Source: Balamuthia mandrillaris (Eukaryota). Taken from it: a stretch of 64,000 nucleotides of DNA. Positions 1 through 14,515 of this stretch are shown here, piece after piece. A model generated the notes under the pieces. That model saw nothing but the letters and a program-made list of their open reading frames with translations. It was not told where the DNA came from and did no database searches. The DNA is taken from the NCBI GenBank assembly GCA_031835245.2, contig JAVKOQ020000048.1:186001-250000 (forward strand), in the 5' to 3' direction. The position numbers were made by a program, and so were the translations under genes. How positions within the stretch are numbered: the stretch's first letter is position 1; each line of letters opens with the position of its first letter.

Positions 1-18
1 ATGGTGTTGGTCAAACTC

Positions 19-1870
<1,852 letters not shown>

Positions 1871-2149
1871 TCCGTCCTCTTGCGGCGTTATCCCGTTGAA
1901 TTCAACCTAATAGGTGGTCCGCAACGCCGCACTTTGTTACGGTTCAATGAATGTCCAATATTACCGCGTCAAACCTTGTTCTCTGCAGGGTCCGTGGCTG
2001 GTCTTTCATCGTTTCTTCTGCATTATACCAACGAAAAAACAACAAAGAGAAAAGAAAAGAAGAAAACAGTAGCCACTAGCCGCCTTATTTTCTGCTGCTA
2101 CAGCTGCTGCTGCTGCTGCTTCTTCATCCGCTTGCCTCAGGTCCAACTC

Positions 2150-4890
2150 ATGGCTGACGCGAGGGAAGGCATTACGGCCAAGGCGGCCAACCCTCCAACA
2201 TGCTTTGGCCTGCCGTTGGAGGAGGCCATGCAACTACCCAACCAAAAGACCATCCCCACCCTCGTCAAACAAATGATTGTCTTCCTCAACACAGAAGGTT
2301 TCTCTTTTTCTTCTCTTCTCTTTTCTGTTTTCCTTCCTTCATGGTCTCTCTCTCTCTCTCTCTCCTTTTTCTGAGCTTGTTTTGTTGTTGTTAGCTGCCA
2401 TAAAGACAGAGGGCTTGTTTCGAGTTTCGCCAACACTAACCAAGTTGAAGGAACTTCGACAGGCGTGCGAACGTCCTGGTTAGTATTGCTTCTTCCTTCT
2501 TCTTATTCAAGTTTGTCAGTTTCATCCTTTTATTTTTTCTGAAAGAGAAAATAATTCAAAAAAAAAAAGATTTTAGCTTCGCTGCAGACTTGGACCCAAA
2601 CTTGGTTGGTGCTCTGCTGAAGAGTTACTTGGGGGAGCTGCCAGAACCTCTTCTAACCTTCGGGCTCTACTCCGACTTCTTGGCCGTTACATGTACTTTT
2701 ATTCTTCTCTGCTTCATTTTGGTTTTCTTCATACTTATCTTTCTGTCTTCGTTGTTCTTCTTGCTCTTCTTGTTCTTGTTCTTGTTCTTCTTCTTGTTCT
2801 TGTTCTTCTTCTTGTTCTTGTTCTTCTTCTTGTTCTTCTTCTTGTTCTTGTTCTTCTACTTCTTCTTCTTCTTGTTCTTCTTCTTCTTCTTCTTCTTCTT
2901 ATTCTGGTTCTTCTTGTTCTTGTTGTTGTTCTTGTTGTTCTTGTTCTTCTTGTTCCTCCTCCTCCTCCTCCTCTTCTTCTGCTTTCTGCTTCCTTCACTT
3001 GAACAATACTGCAGCATTGAATGAAGCACAAGCAAAGAGCCAGCGCCTACAAGAGCTGATGCAAGAGCTGCCACCGCACAACCGAGTGCTAGCCGAGATT
3101 TTGTTCCTGTTTTTGGCTCGCATGGTGGAGCACGTGGAGCACAACAAGATGACAGCGAGCAACCTGGCCATGATATTTGGTCCTCTGCTGTTGCGTCCTC
3201 AGATTGAAACGTGGGTGCCATTTTTCTCGCTCTTTAACTTTATTTCTCAATTTACTAACTTGTCTGTTACAAAACAAATACTTTGTTGCTCCTCCTTCCG
3301 CTCTCCCTGATTACGACGTTGAATCGACGTTCAAAGTATTGACTCTATGATGCATGGACCGAAAGTTACTGCCATTGTTAAACACCTTGTGGAGCATTAT
3401 GACCAAATATTTCGGGTTTATATCATCTATCTCACGTCGCTTTCTCTTTCCTGTTGAAGCTCACTCTTAAACTTTCTGGCATCATCACCACTAACAGAAA
3501 GGAAAGGGTGGCACCATAACAACGACGGCAGGAGCCTCCCTGCCCTCTCCTTTCTCCTCCTCGTCATCAACCCCAACGGTAGCGGGGATGCGGCTCTTGC
3601 AAGGCGAGAACGCGGAGGAGAAGCTTGTACAAATCGTGAAGGCGCTGGACGATGCCATCGCTCTCGTTCAAAACAAACTGGCGGGACTGCGGCAGCAGCT
3701 CGAGCAGACCCAATCCATGGAGGAGGCCATTCAGATAGCGAGGAAGATCCGCACAGCCAAGAGGATTCTCTTCCTGGATGGTGAAGGGCGCGGTGGTGGC
3801 ATCATGCCTTCGTCTACTTCCTCCAGGATGACTCCCAAGCAATTGAACCGGCAGCACAGGCGGTCGATCGCCATTCTGGCAGCTGCCTCTCCGCAGACGC
3901 CTCTACGACCGGAGAGCAGCGCCTCCGCTCTGAAAGGCCGTCGTAGGACCATGGAAGATGCCCATGTCCTCGTCGATGACCTTCGCAAGCACTTTCCCAA
4001 TGCCGCATTCCCGGCTGGTTCCTCTGCTTGCTCGTTTTCTTTTTATGGTGTCTATGATGGTTGGTGGAGCCGTGTCCCTTTCGTTTTGAAGCTTCTCTTC
4101 TTCTCTCCTTCTCTTTCTTTCCGCTTGTGGCTAAACGGAAGCAAAAACAAAAACTCAACAAAAACAAGGGCATGGAGGATCAGATGCAGCAGAGTTGACG
4201 GCCAAAACATTACATGAGAAGATAGTAGAGGGAGCGGCATTCGGGCGAGGCAGAATGGAGGAGGCCCTTCGTAACGGCTTCCAAGCTACCGATCGGCACA
4301 TTCTCACCACCTGCGCCAAAGAAGGTTGGAAGAACGGAACGACCGCTGTGTGCTGCTTACTTCAAGGTAGACGCCTTTGGATAGCTAACGTCGGTGACTC
4401 TGAAGCCGTTCTCGCCAAACGCAACCTTCAACCACAAAGCGGAGATCAAACAAGTGGAAGTGGGAGTGGAGGTGGGTACCTGAGCAAATGTATAACGGTA
4501 AAGCACAAGCCAACGGAAAAGGAGGAGAAAGAAAGGATACAAGGCATCGGCGGCCACATTGTCTTTGGAAGAGTGTTTGGTGACTTAGCAGTGTCTCGCG
4601 CTCTGGGAGATGCCGACTACAAGAAGCCCATCTCTGATGTGGACTTCATCTCTGCAGAGCCCTTCGTGCAGGAGATAGAGCTGTCCCACACGGAGGATGA
4701 CTTCTTGATACTAGCCTGCGATGGTCTGTGGGATTGCTTGAGCTACCAGGAGGCGGTGGAATTGGTGGGCACCTCCCGCGATAAGGGTAAGGATGTACAC
4801 CAGTGCTGCTCCCTCCTCGCCAATGCCTCTTACGAGCGCGGCTCCAAGGACAACATTAGCGTTGTGCTCGTCTTCTTTAACTGGTTGTAA
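2150..4890 (+). CDS. RhoGAP domain + PP2C (PPM) phosphatase fusion protein, multi-exon
   Basis: RhoGAP motifs: IPTLV, TEGLFRVS (arginine finger), LLKSYLGELPEPL, NKMTASNLAMIFGPLLLRP. PP2C motifs: GRRRTMEDAH, YDG|HGG, GTTA, NVGDS, LAVSRALGD, LACDGLWD, KDNISV. Splicing by eye joins the two in frame. Confidence 0.85.
2750..2980 (+). repeat. (TTC/TTG)n compound microsatellite in a RhoGAP intron
   Basis: Directly visible. Confidence 0.95.
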
Positions 4891-5000
4891 TAGTTTTGGT
4901 GTTGGTTGCTTTTTGTAAAAGATAAATAATGTGGTTACATCTCTGCTCTCTCTCTCCCTCTCCCTCTCTCTCTCTTCTGATGCGTTTGGCATGGTGGGCT

Positions 5001-5793
5001 TTATGCCACATGAAGAGCGTTGAACGTAAGGATCCAGGACACCTATTTTGTTTGGGAACAGACAATGTACGTGTAAGCTTCTTAACCAACAAACAATAGG
5101 AATAAAACAACGAACCAAGAACAAAGCGTAAGAAGAGAAGAACCCCTCTTGTATAAGCGGCCATCGCCTATTTTTACAGCAGTCGTCGGTGGGTGAGTGG
5201 GCACGGGAGGTGTCAGAAAAGGAAGTACATACCCGCCGAACATGTCCTCATCGTCCACGTTTAGGTACTTGTTGTAGTAAAGAAAGGGCACAATAACATT
5301 GCAAGCCACAAAGCTGCCAAAAAGGCCATTGAGGTTTGTCAACGATAAGCTTCTCGAGAAGAAGGAGAAGAAGACAAAAGAAAAAGAAGAAGGATGAAGG
5401 AAGAAGAGGAGGCCTGGTGAACGAACCTCAAATTGCCAACACTGCCAGTGAGTCCTAGCACTCCCCACACTACCCCACACAGGATACCAAACAGCTGCTT
5501 CACCCAATGCACCACATCCAACAGCTCTTGCTAGCCAGGAGTAGTAACAGCCCACGTTAAAACAAAACCAAGTAGCAGCGCCCACGTTAAAACCAAACCA
5601 AAAAGAGGGGGGGGGGGGGGTGTGGGGGGTGTGCTGGCACTCCAGAGGAAAGAGAGTTCCTTTTTACCTTCTCCCAGGTGGCATCGCTTCTGCTGGCCTT
5701 GGCCCATTTGCTTTCCTCCTGCACGGCAGGGGCAGGGGCAGGGCTACCATTTGGGCCCTTGCGCGGCTTCCTTTGTTGCAGCTCTGCTGACAT
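5001..5793 (-). CDS. RAB5IF: RAB5-interacting factor / OPTI (EMC6-related) membrane protein
   Basis: DVVHWVKQLFGILCGVVWGVLGLTG...YYNKYLNVDDEDMFGG...LIQEGFFSSYALFL|VSWILTFNALH follows the recalled RAB5IF/C20orf24 pattern. Confidence 0.8.
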
Positions 5794-6100
5794 GATGTTT
5801 TGCAGTTGGTTCGTGCTGTTGTTGTTGTTGTTGTTGTTGTTGTGCTTCCCTCTTCTTCTTCTTTCTAAGCATTCACTTTGTGACGACACGAATGTCTGCT
5901 GATTTTCTCGGGTCGACACCAGACCAACACCTGGTGCAGAGGAAGAGGAAAAGAAAGCAAGGAAGGCGGTTCACCACCTTTGAGAGAAGAGAGGCCATAC
6001 CTTCTTTTTATATATCGTTAAACAGACAGAGGGAAAAAATCCCTGCTCAGCTCTTGTCACGACTTGCTCAGATAGAGAGAAAAAAAAAAGAGGGCCGAAG

Positions 6101-6686
6101 ATGACGACGCCTGCTTCTCCCACCACCACCGCCGCCAAGACCGTGGAAGGTGCGTTTGTTCTTTGTTCAAATCACCCCTTATGCACTTTATCACTCCATA
6201 CATTATAACAAATGTGCGCACGTGTTGACTGATCGATTCTTTTTTACTCGTACTTTACTTTCAAGACTTTATGAAAGATGGCAAAGGTTTGTTGTTACTT
6301 CCTTCTCTTATCTCTCGCCTCTCTCTTCTCTTTTTCTCTCTCTCCCAATGCTGATTTGTATGTGGGTGACAGTGGTAATACGGTTCAAGTCAGCAGGGGA
6401 CGCTCCCGCGCTGAAGCAAACAAAGTTCAAGCTGCAAGCCAAAGCTAGCTTTCAAAACGTAATCGACTTTTTGAGAAAGCAGCTACGGTTAAAGCCTACT
6501 GACCCACTCGTACGTACCTGCTTCCCTGCCTCCTCAGCTGAGTTTAGTTTATTGGTCAGGACTGCTGCTAACAAAAAATACAAAATAATAATGGGACTGC
6601 CGTGTAGTTTTTGTTCATCAATTGTGCTTTCCAGCCACACCCTGAGGAAACCATTGCTGACCTCTTTAAGGTTTTTTCTCTTGCTC

Positions 6687-6720
<34 letters not shown>

Positions 6721-6833
6721 ACGGGTGTTGTTTTTGGTTTGCTTGGGATTAATGGTTATATGCGCAACAGTGTTTTCACAACGCGAGCGGGCATCTGGTG
6801 GTGCATTACTGCACAACGGCGGCATGGGGATGA
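6101..6833 (+). CDS. ATG12: Ubiquitin-like autophagy protein ATG12
   Basis: VVIRFKSAGDAPALKQTKFK...VIDFLRKQL...FLFINCAFQPHPEE.IADLFK|CF...LVVHYCTTAAWG* with the C-terminal AWG glycine. Confidence 0.93.
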
Positions 6834-6938
6834 CCATGGAACTTTTACCACCACACCACTAACGTTTTTTGGGCTGTACATGGTTGAGTTTTCAAGAAAT
6901 GATGTATTTACAAATAGGTACATTTGCAGAAGAAACTA

Positions 6939-9888
6939 TCATTCGTTAACGGGAAGGGATGACGATATAGATGAAGCAGAGGAAGAGGAAGCAGAACCAA
7001 TAGAAAGAGGGGTTTGTTGCTCGGAGGAAGAGCGAAGTTGCAACAGCAGTTGCTTCTTGCCTTGAATATCCCGAAGCTTGCGCTGCAGCGCATCTCTGTA
7101 GGCAGCATCTTCTTTACGGCTATCCACCTGCCAATTTACTTGCTCTTCTTCCCTTTGTTGTTGCAACTCTACATTGAAGAGGGAGAAAGAACGTTAATGA
7201 CAAGCAACAACCAAATGAAGGATGTTGTGAGGTACCTTGAAGATCCATGGCATCGCCGTGCATTGTGAACAAATCATCTTCTTCATCAACGCCATAGTCA
7301 GGAAAGTCGAGAGCGTCAGATATGGTCTGCTCTGCAAAGCCCTTCTCCTTGCCCTTGTACACATTCTCATTGTCCTGCAAGTACTCATCTTCCTCCTCTT
7401 TCGTTGGATCTAACGTAAGGTGCGGTTGTCGCAGCTGTTGTCGCAGCTCTTTCAACTTTCTGGAGTTGGTGGCTTGTCTCTCCTCTACCATTGCAGGGCT
7501 GTGGCTAAGCATCTCGTTGACATGCTGAAGGTATTGCGCACGATGTTGATCCTCCTGCGGAACGTCCACAAAGGAAGTGTGCTTAAGGTAGACAGCACCG
7601 TAGGTGTGGGCCCTATCTTTGGCTGTCTTATGTTTGCGTTCCTCTTGCTTTCGAAGGCTTTCTCGGTGCTGGAAGAGCAGCCTGGAATAGTCTTTCTTAT
7701 CTTCTTTCAATTCCTGCTCGAGCTTTTCAACAAGGACGAGCTTGTTCTCGTCCTCCGTTGCTTTATCCCCACCGTCAACTTGTACTGGAGCTACAGTCAT
7801 GCGCTCTTCTTGAGAGATTTCCTTTTCTAGTCCAAGACTCTCCGAGAGTGGCAGGAGCTTGGCCTGCGGCCTGCGCTTTGTGGTTTTTCGTGGCTTGCGC
7901 TCTTGATGTGCATTTTCAGACGCGGAGGAAGGTAGGCCCACCATGTCTTGTTCCTTGCTGACCTGTTCCATCTCTTCTAAATTGTCTTGCAACTTTTCCT
8001 CCGTCTTTTCCTGTTCTTCTTGTTCCTCTGCGCTTTGTCCCTCCGCCGAAGTAGATAGCTTCAAGCCAATTGGCACTTCAATTATCTGCTCGATGGTTCT
8101 TCCAGACCGGCCACTCACATAACGTATCCTCCGCTTTTCCGTGCTAAAGTCACCTTCATCCCCGCCACCAACCACAGCGTTCATCATGGCTTCTCCCAAC
8201 TTTACTTCCGTGAACGGTGCAGTAGATTGTATCAGCGAGTCAACACCGCCCATCACCAGCTGATTGCTGCCCAATAGGCCAGCTATATTGTTGTGGGGCG
8301 AGGCCTGCTCCTCGAGGGGCTCCGGTGGTTCTTGTCCCGTGCCGATACCCCACAAGTTGCGCCACTCTTCGGCGGTAAGATGGGTCTGCGTAGGATATCT
8401 AAATTGTCTGCCAGTAGCCCAGCATTCCACGCTGCCATTGCTGCGGAAACCTGACCAGTTACACTGAAGCTCCGTGCATACATGAGGCCTCTTATGAGTT
8501 CGGCATATCCACACGTTCTTGCTTAGTCGCTCAAAATTGGGTGGGGGACATGTCTCGGGGCTGCATTCCCCGTCAGTTCCGGCTTTTCTTCCACTGGCAC
8601 AGTCGTCAACACCTCTCTTGTTCTTGCGGTTATTTGTTGCCTGTCGTGGCCTCTCCTCTTTCTTTCTCTTTTTCAGCGCCTGTTCGCGTCTGGAGGCAGC
8701 GATGGGCTCTCTCTTCCTCTTGACTGGACCTTCCGCTTTCGTTATTGCCTCCTCGTTAGTGGGAGTAGTCGCAGCAAGGGTTGTATCTTGGATGACATCC
8801 GGAAGAGGTCTGCCAGTAAAGGACTGAAACAGCGAACGCACTCCTCTGGCAACGAGACCAGACAGACCAGATACCACATTGAATAGCCCAGCTCCCTCCT
8901 CTTCTTGTTTGGCGGGAATGATGGCGCTGGCCTGCTCCGCTGTTGAGGTAGACGTCACATAAGATGGTTCTTGTCCTTCTTCCTGTCGCAAGAACTGAGG
9001 AGCCCGCCATGACTTTTCTCCTGTGCGATGGTTGAACCAAAACATGTGTCCCGGGAACTTCTCGCTCTCATACATCCTCCAGTCAGCAGCATCAGGGTTG
9101 GTAACAGCTTCATGGTGCTGAAAGTGGTTGTCATGTTCTTCGTTTGCCTGCTCTTGCTCGATAGCCTGTTGCTCGGCAACAAGGGCAGCGTTCCACTTGC
9201 TGACGAGCCATCCCACAAAGACGGGGCATTCCTCCTGATTCTCGTTGGTGCATCTCTCATCACAGACGTGAAGATAGCAATGGTTCCTGCAGAGGATGGC
9301 CCTTGGCAGGCAATCTGGTGGCAGTTCGTTTGCCTGACCGCCGCCTTCTTGTGTGTTGGGTGGTTGGTCCGGCAGTAACCGTTTCACCAAGTTCTGGTTG
9401 AGACGATAAAGCGGCTGACAGGCGGGACCGCCGTCGCAGGGCGGTCCTGAGAGGAAGCGCAGCTTGCCCTTCTCCAACTCAAACAGCTGTTCCAGCTCGG
9501 GAAGCTGTTTGTAGAGCGCTCCAAACTTGGCCATCTTTTTGCCTTTCTCAAAAGCCCTAAAGTAGACATCCGGTTTGATGGCGAGCAGCTTCTCCGCGGC
9601 AGGCGTCGTGGCGGCAGCAGAGGAGTCGTACTGGGCTCGGAGCTCAGGATCCATCAGCGTTTGGTAGGCCAGATAGAGCAGGTTGAAGTCGGCGGCGGTG
9701 TCTTTGGTAGGGTTCTTGTCAGGGTGGAAGAGAAGGCATTTGGCGCGGTAAGCCGCGCGGATGTCGTCCGGATGGGCATCTCTGGAAAGGCCTAACACGT
9801 CATAAAAGTTTTTGTGCCGTCTTCGATGGAGGGAAGACGTGCCAGTCTCCTCGTAGAAACTAAAGTTGGACTTCCTTTTGGCGTTCAT
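6939..9888 (-). CDS. Large DnaJ (J-domain) protein with WW domain, two Cys/His motifs and C-terminal coiled coil
   Basis: J domain NFYDVLGL...FHPDKNP...LRAQYD; WW domain WRMYES...FWFNHRTGEKSWRAP. One exon of about 2.6 kb plus a short last exon (6939-7168). Confidence 0.85.
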
Positions 9889-10408
9889 GTTGTTGAAGAA
9901 GATGGGGGATCTCCTCTTGCTTGCTTGCTTGCTGCCTTCTTTGCTGGCAGTGGACAAGTTCTGCTTGACTAAGCCCACATCCAGAACCACCCAGCACAAA
10001 AGAAGGCAGAAAAAAGAGAGAACTTTCTTTCGTGTGGCCACAAGCAAGACCAGCTGACCTGCCCCTTTTAATGTGCGTTGTTGCTAAATTTCCAGCAGCA
10101 GCAGCAGGCCACGAAAGGGCTCCGTGGGCCACGCGGCAAAGGCAGGCCGCGAGGCACAAGCAACCCGCCCCCCTCCCTTCAAGAGGAAAAGCACACCACA
10201 CAAAGGGGGGGGGGGGAACGGAGAGAAAACCCGAAGCCCACTGATGGAAAATTCCCTTCTTACTTGGTGGTGGGGATGAATGACTCATGGAGGAAGGGTG
10301 GCAAAGCGAGCGGGCCGAGTGCGTTCACGTGAACACAAACAAAAAAAAACCATAAATAACTTAAGCTCAACCCAACAAATAATACAAAAAGGGCATCAGC
10401 AGCGCCTT

Positions 10409-11370
10409 CTACTTTTTAATGAGAGGCTTTGCCTGCTTCGGCGGCGGCTGAATGACTAACTTCTTTGGCACTTCCACTTCCTTGAGGAGAGCAGCAAGCT
10501 CCTTATCGGAGGGGACCCCGGAGGAAGGGTCGGGTAACAAATGCCGATACCGCTGTTTTTGTAGATGCCACATGCAGTCTCCTAGCCGATAGAGGTAGTT
10601 GTCATACTTGACCAATGGCTTGGCCGCTTCCAATACCTCTCGTGGCTGTTTCTTGTTCTCGTTCTTGTGTTTGCCTGTTCTAGAATTGTTAGTACCCTTA
10701 CTTCGTCGTATTTATAGTCATTACAGTTGGGAACTGAAAAGAAAGCAGAGAAGAGAGAGAGGAACAAAGCAGAGCAAACAGAGAGGAGCAGAAAGAGAGT
10801 CACCGTTATTCAATGTGGGGCGATCTACCACTTGCGTGGCATAAGGCCACAGAAAGGTGGTACGCATGACTTGAATGGAGGCGTCGTATCTGTCCGTAAA
10901 CAGGACCATTGAATAGTTGAGCAGGTGTTGCATGGCACAGTACATGTGACGATAGGTCAGTTTGCCACGCGGAGTTAGATAAGCCTCTCTCCCGCAGAGC
11001 ACCCTTGTCATCAAATTGTCTTTATGTGCTGCTTGCTGTCGTTATAGTAGCGTGGGCGAAGAAAGGATCAACTTGTTGGCGAGACAGAGACAGAGACAGA
11101 GACAGAGACAGAGAGAGACAGAGAGAGAGAGAGAGAGCTACAAACCGGTTTTGTGGTGCTAGTCAAAAAGTCGACCAAGTCGTCTCCATAGGTCGTGTTG
11201 TAAAGCTTCCTCCAGAAATAGTACTGGGAGACCAACCGGTCGAGCGGCTCTCTCATCATGGTGACGTACATATAAGGCCTCTCTGCTGTTATTTCGTGAA
11301 TGCCATGCACGTAATGCCCGATGATCACCCGCGCTGGTAGCATTATGTCCTGTAGCACGTTGTTATGAAA

Positions 11371-11414
<44 letters not shown>

Positions 11415-12028
11415 ACAAAGAAAGAGTGGGGGAGGAAACCAACTCTAGCTCTAACTAACTCCCTCGGAGACAGGGAGTGAGAATCGTTGAAGGCTAAATC
11501 AAAGCCACCCAACCGCCAGGGAAACCTCAGGTTAATTGCCTTAACGCCCTCGTTCTTCCTGATAAAGTTCCACATGGAACTTCCTCCGCATTTCTCAATA
11601 TGGAGGAAATAGATGGCAGTATCGTCTTTGGCAATGGTGGCAGCATCCTCCTGTAGTAAGTGCCCCACACAAACAAACCTCAGTACAAATACATCGTGGC
11701 AACACCCATCCATTGAAAGTTAACGCACGTTGGCGGAACGAAGCCTAGAGCCTGCAAAGCTCTCCAGTGTTGCTGCGTTGCACTCTGCAATCATCGCTTC
11801 CGCTTTGACCCGGAAGCAAACGTCAGGCAACGAATTTTCGTCCACTTGGTCACATCCCAACGATTCGATAAAGGCTTGCTGGTTGTTGCGAGGTAGCCAG
11901 TCTTCTTCTTCCTCGTCCCTACTGAGTAAAGAATTGAACAGAAAGGAGAAACTTGCGCAAACAACAATGGCCACGAATAGCCACAAGAGATACGACCGCC
12001 GCATGGACTGCCCGTTCTCTTCTACCAT
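10409..12028 (-). CDS. Type II membrane (Golgi-type) sulfotransferase, copy 1
   Basis: N-terminal TM helix; 5'-PSB motif YFLHIEKCGGSS; 3'-PB motif MMREPLDRLVSQYYF; NLMTRVLCG. Confidence 0.85.
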
Positions 12029-12199
12029 GAGGACAAAAGAGCCGCTTCCTTATTGTCTATTGTTTCGATCGGACTCCGATGACGTCACTGTATCCAAAAG
12101 AAAAAGAAAACCAAGATCGTGGGGGAAAAAAGAAGGGAGGAAGACCACCCTTGATATTTTTTAACTCTCTAACTCGCATCAAAAAACACAACAATCAGC

Positions 12200-13920
12200 T
12201 TACTCCTAAAGTTGGGAGAAATGCCAGGTCAATGCGATGAAATCCGGTTGAAAAAAAACAAGGCTTACAAACCTCTGCTTCAGGTCCTAGCTGAGGAGGA
12301 CGAGGTGGCGCCACGAACGGTATAACCTTCTTCTCTGGCACTCTCACCCCTTTCAGCTTGGCTAGAAGAGCCTCATCAGAAGGCGGCGCGGGGGTCCTCG
12401 ATGTGTCATAAAACCGTTGTTTTTGCAGCTCCCACATGCAGTTTCCCAAGCGATACAAGTAATTGTCATACTTTGTCAATGGTTTTGCTGCTTCCAGCAC
12501 CTCTTGCGGTTGTTTCTTGCCCTCTTCCTGGTGTTTGCCTTTGGTTGACATTGCACATGACATAAAACTTTGTTAGACTGCATGTCACGTTTAAAACGGG
12601 CAAAGGGCTACAGAGGAAGAAAGCGATACCATTATTCAGAGTAGGGCGCTCAGCTACTTGAGTGGCATAAGGCCAGTTGAATGTGGTGCGAAGGATCTGA
12701 ATGGACATGTCGTATCTATCCGTGAATAAAACTACTGAGTAGTTTCGCAGATTTTGCATGGCACAGTACATGTGACGATAAGTAAGTTTACCGCGAGGGG
12801 TTTCGTAGGCCTCCCTTCCACAAAGTACCCTTGTCATCAAGTTATCTTTGTGTGCTGCTTGCTAGATATTGCGAAAACAAACAATGAGACATGTTGATTC
12901 AACAAAAAAACGTGGAAGCATCATCAGAAAGGTAACCAACCGGTTTTGTGGTGTTGGTCAAAAAGTCGACCAAGTTGTCTCCATAGGTTTTGTCGTAAAG
13001 CTTCTTCCAAAAGTAATACTGGGAGACCAACCGGTCGAGTGGTTCTCTCATCATGGTGACGTACATATAAGGTCGTTCTGGCGTTATTTCATGGATGCCG
13101 TGCACGTAATGTCCGATGATCACCCGCGCTGGTAGCATTAGCTCCTGCAACATTAGAATTGATAAGTAATTAGTAAAGGAAAAATGAAGAATAACAAAAG
13201 AAGCAGAAGCAGAAGCAGAAGCAGAAGCAGAAGCAGAAGCAGAAGCAGAAGCAGAAGCAGAAGCAGAAGCAGAAGCAGAAGCAGAAGCAGAAGCAGAAGC
13301 AGAAGAACAAGACGAAGAAGAAGAAGAACAAAGACAAGAAGCAGAAGCATACCCTGGCTCTTTCCAATTCCTCTTCAGGGAGGGAGTGAGCATCATGAAA
13401 GCCTAGGTCAAAGCCTCCTAGCTGCCATGGAAAGCGTGTGTTCATGGCTTTGATGCCCTCATTCTTTTTGAGAAAGTTCCACATGGAGCTTCCGCCGCAC
13501 TTTTCAATGTGCAAGAAGTAGATGGCGAGGTCGTCGTCCTCAACCTTTCGTCCATTTTCCTGTGAAGTATAACTGGTCGGTGGTGCAGACAGAAGAAAGG
13601 AAGGAGAGGAAGGGTCTAAAAACCGTTGCAAAACGCAATGACGCTCCCCCAAAAGTCTCGAGAGTGGAATCTTGACATTCCTGGATCATCTGATCGGCCT
13701 TGAAGCGGTAGCAAATGTCGGGCCAACTGTCTTCATCCCCTGGAGTGCAGCCAAAGACTTGAAGCCTGCGCTGTGTCTCTCCTCGTTGGGCGTTCATCAG
13801 ACTCTTTTTTAGAAGCTCCTCCGTCGCTCCGGTTCGCACGCTGAACCCAAACATGTAGGAGAGGCAAACGCACGCGGCCAGCGCCATCGCGAGCCACTTC
13901 AAGCGAGCCCATCGTAACAT
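12200..13920 (-). CDS. Type II membrane sulfotransferase, copy 2 (tandem paralog)
   Basis: Same PAPS-binding motifs, near-identical catalytic exons and the same intron positions as copy 1. Confidence 0.85.
13200..13302 (+). repeat. (GAAGCA)n hexamer microsatellite in a sulfotransferase-2 intron
   Basis: Directly visible. Confidence 0.95.
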
Positions 13921-14515
13921 CCCCCTAGCTTCTCCTTGGCCGTACTTTCTCAACTTCCCTCTTTTCTTTGGTGCTGGCAGCAGCAGGCAAGCCACGTCCT
14001 CAACCGTCTCTCTCTCTTTAAAAAAAATTTTCTTCTCTTTTCTTTTATTTTCGTTTCGAAACAAACAAAAAATGAAAGGGGTGACGTGCACGTCAAAATT
14101 AATCATTATGGTTAATTAATTTGTCCGGGCGGGTAATCGGCCGCCTCTATTCCCACAATGGAAATTTTGGCCCATTATGATCGATCAAGGATCATCCAGG
14201 GGAAACTGACGGAAAAATCCCACCACTCAGAAAACAAACAAATAGGGGCACGAAAAAGAAAAGGAAGGAAAAAGGTAGGAGGAGCATAAGCGAGAGGCTG
14301 CCGCCAGCACACGAGGAACACAGCAGCTCCCCCCACAATACACAGACCCACGCAAGGGACGAAAGTTACCAGAAAAGCTGGTGAAGCTCCTCTGCTGCCT
14401 GAGTTAAACAGTTCTTGAGGCCTTTTTTTGAGACCCCTCATTTCTTCTTAGCTCTACGGTTCAACGCTGGAGGAGGTGGAGTTGCTGCCACCTGAGATTA
14501 GAAAACATCACAACC

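Noticed and set aside
13200..13302. Regular repeats as a CRISPR-like array
   Set aside because: Pure tandem hexamers with no unique spacers. No repeat-spacer array was seen anywhere in the window.
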